NCBI GenBank assembly: GCA_965202985.1
Contig: CBDBCF010000001.1
Coordinates: 2,144,001-2,208,000 of the forward strand
Direction of reading: 5' to 3'
DNA: 64,000 nt
From: Longimicrobiales bacterium
GTDB lineage: Bacteria; Gemmatimonadota; Gemmatimonadetes; Longimicrobiales; Gaopeijiaceae
The position numbers were made by a program, and so were the translations under genes. Within the stretch, counting starts at the first letter, position 1. Each line of letters starts with the position of its first letter. The notes below the pieces were generated by a model, which saw nothing but the letters and a program-made list of their open reading frames with translations, had not been told where the DNA came from and made no database searches. Shown here piece by piece: positions 58,298 through 64,000 of this stretch.

Positions 58298-59230
58298 CTA
58301 ACCAGGCCTTGCGTGACCCGACCTACGTTCCCCCCTCACACAGAGCCAATAGCCGTCTTCGCCTGGGTGCGGATGTGGGACCCACCAACATGTAAAACTG
58401 GGATCGACGTCTGGATAATCATCTGGATCTCCGGCGATGTGAGTCTCACCCCCAGTGCCTGAATCCGGTATCCTTCCGACTCTCTGACATCGGCTGTTGG
58501 ATGACTGTGACCGTGCATAACCTGCTCCCGACGTGGTTGCCTCATGAGACGCCCTGATGCTCGCACAGATTGAAGCCTCCCCGTCAAGCCTGTAGCTAAC
58601 AGTTTCGGATGCGCTTAGGTGAGTCTCGCACCAGATGCCCAAGGGCGTCCGCGCCATAATGCTGTTGCCACCTCTCAAGTCACCAGTTGTGTTCACATAG
58701 GCATCTGTGGCTTGCCGTGCATCTACGTTTGTTGTTTGGCTGGTAGTACCGGAAACGTAAGCCTTGTCGTCGTCATCCCATATTCCCGTCCATGATGAGG
58801 CTTCGATGAAATGCACCGAGCGAGCATCGCAGTTGTCGTTGCGGGCAGCTGCAATCTGCGGGATAGGCTCTCCGGTGCGCGCGAAGACAATGTATTCTTC
58901 CCCTCTTTCGGGAAACGGTCCAAGCGTTCTGGACCAGAACCGAATTCCTCTCTTTGAGTGGGCTACAGCACTCTCAAGAGACGTTCCCCATCTCTCCCGA
59001 GCAACCATATGCCCGCCCGTGCCCTCGAGGGCCGCCAAGAGGGCTCGCGCTTCCCTGAGCTTCGCCTTAACGGCAGGCCGGTCAAGCCTGACCGACCCAA
59101 TCTCCTGAGGAGCCTCGGTGTTCGTGGATGCGGTAGTGGTCGGCGGTTCGCAGGCCGTCAGCGCCCCCGCCATGACCGCGACCAGCACCATGCCGCGGTC
59201 GTCTACTGTTGTCCAGTGCTTCCGTTTCAT
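58298..59230 (-). CDS. Hypothetical lipoprotein
   Basis: GGGGAG RBS, lipobox LTAC, lower GC; no recognisable family. Confidence 0.6.
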   Translation of the reverse strand: MKRKHWTTVDDRGMVLVAVMAGALTACEPPTTTASTNTEAPQEIGSVRLDRPAVKAKLREARALLAALEGTGGHMVARERWGTSLESAVAHSKRGIRFWSRTLGPFPERGEEYIVFARTGEPIPQIAAARNDNCDARSVHFIEASSWTGIWDDDDKAYVSGTTSQTTNVDARQATDAYVNTTGDLRGGNSIMARTPLGIWCETHLSASETVSYRLDGEASICASIRASHEATTSGAGYARSQSSNSRCQRVGRIPDSGTGGETHIAGDPDDYPDVDPSFTCWWVPHPHPGEDGYWLCVRGERRSGHARPG

Positions 59231-59538
59231 GCCGTCTCAACTCCCCAGGCAGTTAGATCGGGTTCCAGCGGCCATCAGTAGTATATGGCCGTCGGTACCT
59301 CGAGCGCAAGGACATTCGCCGCGAGCCCAGTTCTCGGAATCCCGGACGTTTGCGGGGCGGTTGGGAAAGCCATGCGACCACTTACGGAGTCTCAATGCTC
59401 CGAGGGTTCGGTCCAACGTGTCGCACACCGCGCGGCACCACTGGAACGGCGGCCCACGATCCGGTAGAATTGCTCGTGTCGCGGTGCGCCCGCGTCCGTT
59501 GTCGCCGTGCCCTCGAACCCTCACCGGAGGATTTCCCC

Positions 59539-59955
59539 ATGCCGTACCCCGAGATGATGGTGGCGCCGATGCGCCAGGAGTTGGTCCGGATCGGCTTCCA
59601 GGAGCTTCGCACCGCCGAAGACGTGACCCAAGCCATGGACGCCATGGAGGGAACCGTGTTGGTGGCGGTCAACTCGGTGTGCGGTTGCGCGGCCGGCATC
59701 TTTCGACCCGCCATCGCGCTGGCGTTGCAGGACGCCAAGCAGCCGGAGCACATGGTCACCGTCTTCGCCGGGCAGGACACAGCCGCGACCGCCGAAGCCC
59801 GCAAGCAGTTCGTGGGCTATCCGCCGTCGTCGCCTTCGGTGGGCCTGCTCAAGGACGGGAACCTGGTGTTCATGCTGGAACGGTTCCAGATCGAAGGCCG
59901 GTCCGCGCCCGACATCGCGTCCGACTTGGGAGCCGCTCTCCAGGAGCACTGCTGA
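59539..59955 (+). CDS. BrxA/BrxB-family bacilliredoxin
   Basis: MPYPEMMVAPMRQEL, NSVCGCAAG, TVFAGQD, PPSSPS. Confidence 0.93.
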   Translation: MPYPEMMVAPMRQELVRIGFQELRTAEDVTQAMDAMEGTVLVAVNSVCGCAAGIFRPAIALALQDAKQPEHMVTVFAGQDTAATAEARKQFVGYPPSSPSVGLLKDGNLVFMLERFQIEGRSAPDIASDLGAALQEHC

Positions 59956-59984
59956 CGGGGGCGGAGGCCGGCCGGGTCCCGCCG

Positions 59985-60398
59985 CTACTCGGCTCCCGCG
60001 TTCTCCCGCCGGCCCGCGAGCCATCCGTCCACGGAGTACTTCCCGCCGCCGTTGGCGAAGAAAAACAGCCACGTGAAGCTGTAGAGGGCGGCCAGTTCGC
60101 CTCGATTCAGGACGGGCCAGAACCCCTGGGGCGCGTGACTCATGAAGTAGGCCACCGCCATCTGGCCGGACAGAAGAAAGGCCACGGGGCGAGTGAAGAG
60201 GCCGGCGATGATCAGCAGGCCGCCGGCGAACTCCATGATCCCCGCCACGCCGACCAAGGTCGCGAAGCTTTCGACCTGCTCCCGGCCCAGGACGCCGAAC
60301 ACCTTTTGGAGGCCGTGCTGGAGGAAGAGGAAGCCCGCGACGACGCGCAGAGCGTTGAGGGCGAGTTCGTTGAATCCGCCGCGGTTGGTTCCGTCCAT
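59985..60398 (-). CDS. DoxX-family membrane protein
   Basis: LRVVAGFLFLQHGLQK, GLFTRPVAF..SGQMAVAY, GGGKYSVD. Confidence 0.9.
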   Translation of the reverse strand: MDGTNRGGFNELALNALRVVAGFLFLQHGLQKVFGVLGREQVESFATLVGVAGIMEFAGGLLIIAGLFTRPVAFLLSGQMAVAYFMSHAPQGFWPVLNRGELAALYSFTWLFFFANGGGKYSVDGWLAGRRENAGAE

Positions 60399-60530
60399 GG
60401 TCGGTGCGCTCCGTTTCGTTCGTGCGTTCCTGCGAGGTCGCGGGGGACCGAGCCGGAGGCGGCCCGGCGCAGCGGACAGGGTAATGGGCGACCGACCCGG
60501 CCGGCAAGCGACCGGTTCGCCCGACGGGGC

Positions 60531-61322
60531 CTACTTTCCGGCCTTGAGGCGCCGCCGCTTCTTCTTCTCGATGCGCCGCCGCTTCTTCTCGGCGCGCTTC
60601 CTGCGCCGGGCGTCGCGCTTGGATTCGCCGGGGTAGCGCGCGTTCACCTCGATGGAGCCGAAGACGGCGAACCCGTTCACGCGCACGACCGGGCCGCCCG
60701 ACCAACGGGAAGCCTGCACTGGATCGGACTGCTCGAACGAGCCGAAGACGGCGGAGCCGTTGCACTCCACGTCCATCCCCGGCGGCACGATCACTTCGAC
60801 GGACCCAAACACCCCGACCGAGTGAATGGCGTAGTTGCCCGGCGCCATCAGGGCTTCCCGCAGATCGACCACCTGGGTGCCCATGAAGGAGACCAACGTG
60901 GTCCGCCGCGCCGGAACCCACCTCCCCTGCCGCTTCGTCTCGCCGAAGACGGCCACGGCACGGTCGTGATCGCGTATCCGCCCCGGCGCAGGCACGTCGG
61001 AGGGCGTCCGGACGGCTTCGTCAGGGGGCGCGGTCGGGGGCGTGGGCGCGGCGCCGGCGGGCACGGACGCGGGTGCGCGCGCAATGGCAGGCGCGGACGC
61101 GGACGAGCCGGGCAGCGGCAGCCCGCGAACCGCCTCCTCCAGGTCGGCCGCGGCTTCGGCCTGGTGCACCAAGTCCGCACGGCGCTCGAAGTCCTCCATG
61201 TCCAGCAGGTCTTGCGCGAAACACTCGCTGAGCAGATCGATGGCCCGGCTCTTGGCCGCCTCGATGGGCGCGCCGCTGCCCCCGGAACCGCCGCCCGGCC
61301 CTGGGCGCTTCCGCCTACTCAT
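60531..61322 (-). CDS. DUF1707/LiaF-like domain protein
   Basis: N-terminal LDMEDFERR helical domain, Pro-rich linker, VFG-rich beta repeats. Confidence 0.75.
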   Translation of the reverse strand: MSRRKRPGPGGGSGGSGAPIEAAKSRAIDLLSECFAQDLLDMEDFERRADLVHQAEAAADLEEAVRGLPLPGSSASAPAIARAPASVPAGAAPTPPTAPPDEAVRTPSDVPAPGRIRDHDRAVAVFGETKRQGRWVPARRTTLVSFMGTQVVDLREALMAPGNYAIHSVGVFGSVEVIVPPGMDVECNGSAVFGSFEQSDPVQASRWSGGPVVRVNGFAVFGSIEVNARYPGESKRDARRRKRAEKKRRRIEKKKRRRLKAGK

Positions 61323-62184
61323 GGCCCGTGTCCACGACCGTGCCCCCGCACGTCTTGCAGAAGCGGGCGTCGTGGTCGTGTCCCTCGCTCCGGCAGCCCG
61401 AACAGATCCGCGCCCAGATTTCCCCCTGGTTGTCGTCCTCGCTTTCGGTCGCCGCCTGTACGAGCCCTACGCTCACGATACCCGTGGGCACGGCGATCAT
61501 GCCGTACCCCAGCAGCATGATCGCAGCCGCCACGAACTGGCCCGGCGCCGTGTGCGGCGTGATGTCGCCGAACCCCACCGTCGTCAGCGTCACGACGGCC
61601 CAGTAGACCGCAACCGGTATGGAGGTAAAGCCGGCGGACGGTCCTTCGACCAAGTACATGAGCGATCCCAGGATGACGACCAGAGTCAGCACCGTCACCA
61701 GGAACACGGCGATGCGGTAGCGGCTGGCGGCCAGCGCCCGGCCCAGGGTTCGCGCCTCGCCCAGGTAGCGCACCGCCTTCAGGTCGCGGAAGACGCGCAG
61801 GACCCGCACGACGCGCACCACGCTCAGGAAGCGCGTTCCGGGGAAGAGGACGCTCAAGTACGTGGGAACGATTGTCAGGAGATCGACGATGCCGAAGAAG
61901 CTGAACGCGTAGCGCCGCTTGGACCGGACGCACGCCAGGCGCGCCGCGTACTCGACCGTGAAGCCGATCGTGAACGCCCACTCCAAGGCGCGAAGGAGCG
62001 GGCCGTGGCGCTCCACGATCCTTTCCACCGAGTCCAGCATGACCACGGCCACGCTGGTCAGGATCGCCAAGATGAGCACGATGTCGAAGACCTTCGCCGT
62101 GCGGTCCGTGTCGGCTTCGAAGAGGACTTCGTACAGGCGGCCTCTCCACGAGGGGCCGTTGCGGGGTCGGTTGCTGGGGAACAT
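61315..62184 (-). CDS. Voltage-gated potassium channel-like ion transporter
   Basis: S4-like RVVRVLRVFR; selectivity filter TTVGFGD; C-terminal CxxC...CxxC. Confidence 0.92.
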   Translation of the reverse strand: MFPSNRPRNGPSWRGRLYEVLFEADTDRTAKVFDIVLILAILTSVAVVMLDSVERIVERHGPLLRALEWAFTIGFTVEYAARLACVRSKRRYAFSFFGIVDLLTIVPTYLSVLFPGTRFLSVVRVVRVLRVFRDLKAVRYLGEARTLGRALAASRYRIAVFLVTVLTLVVILGSLMYLVEGPSAGFTSIPVAVYWAVVTLTTVGFGDITPHTAPGQFVAAAIMLLGYGMIAVPTGIVSVGLVQAATESEDDNQGEIWARICSGCRSEGHDHDARFCKTCGGTVVDTGHE

Positions 62185-62206
62185 CCGTTTTCTCTTCGGC
62201 GAACCT

Positions 62207-62875
62207 CTATTCGGCAGGCGCTCCGATTCCGCTGGGGCATTCGACGCCCGTTCCTCCAAGCCCGCAGTACCCGCCGGGGTTCTTGGCCAGGTACTGCTGA
62301 TGGTACGCTTCCGCGTAGTAGAACTGGGGGGCCGGCGCGATCTCCGTCGTCGCGAGCTTGAACCCGGCCTGGGTCAGCTCGCGCTGGTATCGCGTGCGCG
62401 AAGCTTCGGCCAAGCGCCGCTGCCGGTCGCCCACCGTGAAGACGGCGGAGCGGTACTGGGTGCCCACGTCGGCGCCCTGCCTCATGCCCTGGGTCGGATC
62501 GTGTCCCTCCCAGAACGCGGCCAGCAGGGAAGCGTAGTCCATGGCGTCGGGGTCGAAGATCACCAGCACCGCCTCGGCGTGTCCCGTGGCGCCGCTGCAA
62601 ACTTCCGGGTACGTGGGGTTGGGCGTGGCGCCCCCTTGATAGCCGACCGCCGTGGAATGAACGCCCGGCGCTTCCCAGAACTGTCGCTCCGCGCCCCAGA
62701 AGCACCCCATGGCGAAGTAGGCGCGCTGGAAGCCCGCCGGAAAGGGCGGTTGGATGCGGTTGCCGTTCACGTAGTGCACCTCTGGCACGTCCAAGGGCTC
62801 GGCCCGGCCCGACAGGGCTTCGTCCGCGCCGGGGATTCGCAACCCTTGCGGGTCCACGAACCGCCTGTCGATCAT
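62207..62875 (-). CDS. msrA: Peptide-methionine (S)-sulfoxide reductase
   Basis: [32 protein letters not shown]. Confidence 0.96.
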   Translation of the reverse strand: MIDRRFVDPQGLRIPGADEALSGRAEPLDVPEVHYVNGNRIQPPFPAGFQRAYFAMGCFWGAERQFWEAPGVHSTAVGYQGGATPNPTYPEVCSGATGHAEAVLVIFDPDAMDYASLLAAFWEGHDPTQGMRQGADVGTQYRSAVFTVGDRQRRLAEASRTRYQRELTQAGFKLATTEIAPAPQFYYAEAYHQQYLAKNPGGYCGLGGTGVECPSGIGAPAE

Positions 62876-62969
62876 TGTGTTTGCGCCTCCTCCCCAACTC
62901 CGCCGCTTCCGTTCAACGTGATCAAGCTAACACGACGACGGCGACGGCCGAAGCAAAAACGGTGCCGCC

Positions 62970-64000
62970 ATGGCCTTCCGGCCCCTGGACTTCGTTGCCT
63001 TCGTCGGCTTTCTGCTGCTGGTGGTCGGCGTGTCGCTCTACGCCTCGCGGGGCAAGCGGGGCGCTGCCGACTACTTTCTGGCCGGACGCAACCTGCCGTG
63101 GTGGCTGATCGGCTTCTCGCTGATCGCGTCGAACATATCCACCGAGCACTTCGTGGGCATGGCCGGGCGCGGCTACGACCTGGGCCTGGCGATCGCCAGC
63201 TACGAGTGGATGGCCGCGGTCACGCTGGTGCTGGTCGGCTTGTTCTTTCTGCCCAAGTTCCTGCGCGCCGGCATCTACACCATCCCCGAATACCTGGAAT
63301 ACCGCTACGACCTGCGCACGCGCACGCTGACGGCAGGGTTCCTGCTGGCGGCCTACGTCTTCGTCGGGCTCGCCACGGTCCTGTACGCCGGGGCCGTAGC
63401 GCTGCAGACGATCTTCGGCCTGGACGTGGTCGTCGGCATCTGGCTGATCGGCGTCTTGGCGGGCGGCTACACCATCTACGGCGGCCTCAAGGCGGTAGTG
63501 TGGTCGGACTTGATCCAGGGCGCGGCGCTGCTGTTGGGCGGCGCGGTGGTCATGGTGCTGGGCTTTCGGGCGATGGGTGGCGTGGGGCCGTTCCTGGATG
63601 CGGCGGAAGGCAAGCTGCACACGGTGCTCCCGTGGAACCACCCCGAGATGCCGTGGCTGGCCGTGTTCGTGGGCGGACTGTGGATCCCCAACCTGTTCTA
63701 CTGGGGGCTCAACCAGTTCATCGCGCAACGGACGCTGGCGGCGCGCAGCTTGGCCGACGGCCAGCGGGGCATCTTCCTGGCGGCGTTCATCAAGCTACTG
63801 GTTCCGTTCGTGATCGTCTTTCCCGGCATCATGGCAGCGGAGCTGTACGCCGAGCAGGTGTCGAACCCGGACGAAGCCTATCCGGTCATGATGCGTGAGC
63901 TGCTTCCGGCGGGCCTGTCGGGCCTCATGTTCGCGGCGCTGTTCGGCGCCGTCATGAGCACGCTGGACTCCATGCTCAACTCGGCGGCCACGATCTTCAG
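62970..64000 (+). CDS. Sodium:solute symporter (3' end runs off the window)
   Basis: Manual translation: DYFLAGRNLPWWLIGFSLIASNISTEHFVGMAG...GGLKAVVWSD...AVMSTLDS. Confidence 0.92.
   Translation, partial: MAFRPLDFVAFVGFLLLVVGVSLYASRGKRGAADYFLAGRNLPWWLIGFSLIASNISTEHFVGMAGRGYDLGLAIASYEWMAAVTLVLVGLFFLPKFLRAGIYTIPEYLEYRYDLRTRTLTAGFLLAAYVFVGLATVLYAGAVALQTIFGLDVVVGIWLIGVLAGGYTIYGGLKAVVWSDLIQGAALLLGGAVVMVLGFRAMGGVGPFLDAAEGKLHTVLPWNHPEMPWLAVFVGGLWIPNLFYWGLNQFIAQRTLAARSLADGQRGIFLAAFIKLLVPFVIVFPGIMAAELYAEQVSNPDEAYPVMMRELLPAGLSGLMFAALFGAVMSTLDSMLNSAATIF

Noticed and set aside
59231..59538. Possible ncRNA in a 300-bp intergenic region with short hairpins
   Set aside because: Short stems are expected by chance at this GC content; no known family recognised.

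Overview
High-GC bacterial window. The six-bladed beta-propeller proteins, Ig-repeat surface lipoprotein and TonB/DUF4249 pair suggest Gemmatimonadota, but that is inference. Core genes: partial ABC ATPase, AbrB-like regulator, luxE/luxC-like fatty acid reductase pair without luciferase, Rieske plus cytochrome b/diheme-c complex, ECF sigma/anti-sigma/YbjQ, patatin, sufCBD-ferredoxin-sufS, acyl-CoA catabolic genes, thiolase, hcrC-hcrA-hcrB-like molybdoenzyme, bacilliredoxin, DoxX, potassium channel, msrA and a partial sodium:solute symporter. Visibly lower-GC accessory patches are interspersed. (i) 6.5-20 kb: IS5 remnant, a coupled HEPN / KGGVGR-ParA-like ATPase / P-loop ATPase triad (best candidate for a poorly characterised conflict system), a GreA/GreB-domain fusion to a possible DruH/YjiT-like protein, an IetA/IetS-like AAA-ATPase/subtilase pair and an AAA_14/DUF4143 ATPase. 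(ii) 23.5-29.5 kb: KAP NTPase, RDD protein, HicB and IS debris, a small protein plus membrane protein behind a palindromic operator, and an Hrq1/MrfA-type helicase. (iii) 36.7-37.9 kb: nuclease and ATPase debris. (iv) 58.1-59.2 kb: a relic of a second triad-type ATPase and an orphan lipoprotein. Several accessory genes carry single-base indels in short homopolymers, which may be sequencing errors. No tRNA, rRNA or CRISPR array was recognised. All family assignments come from recalled motifs, not database searches.
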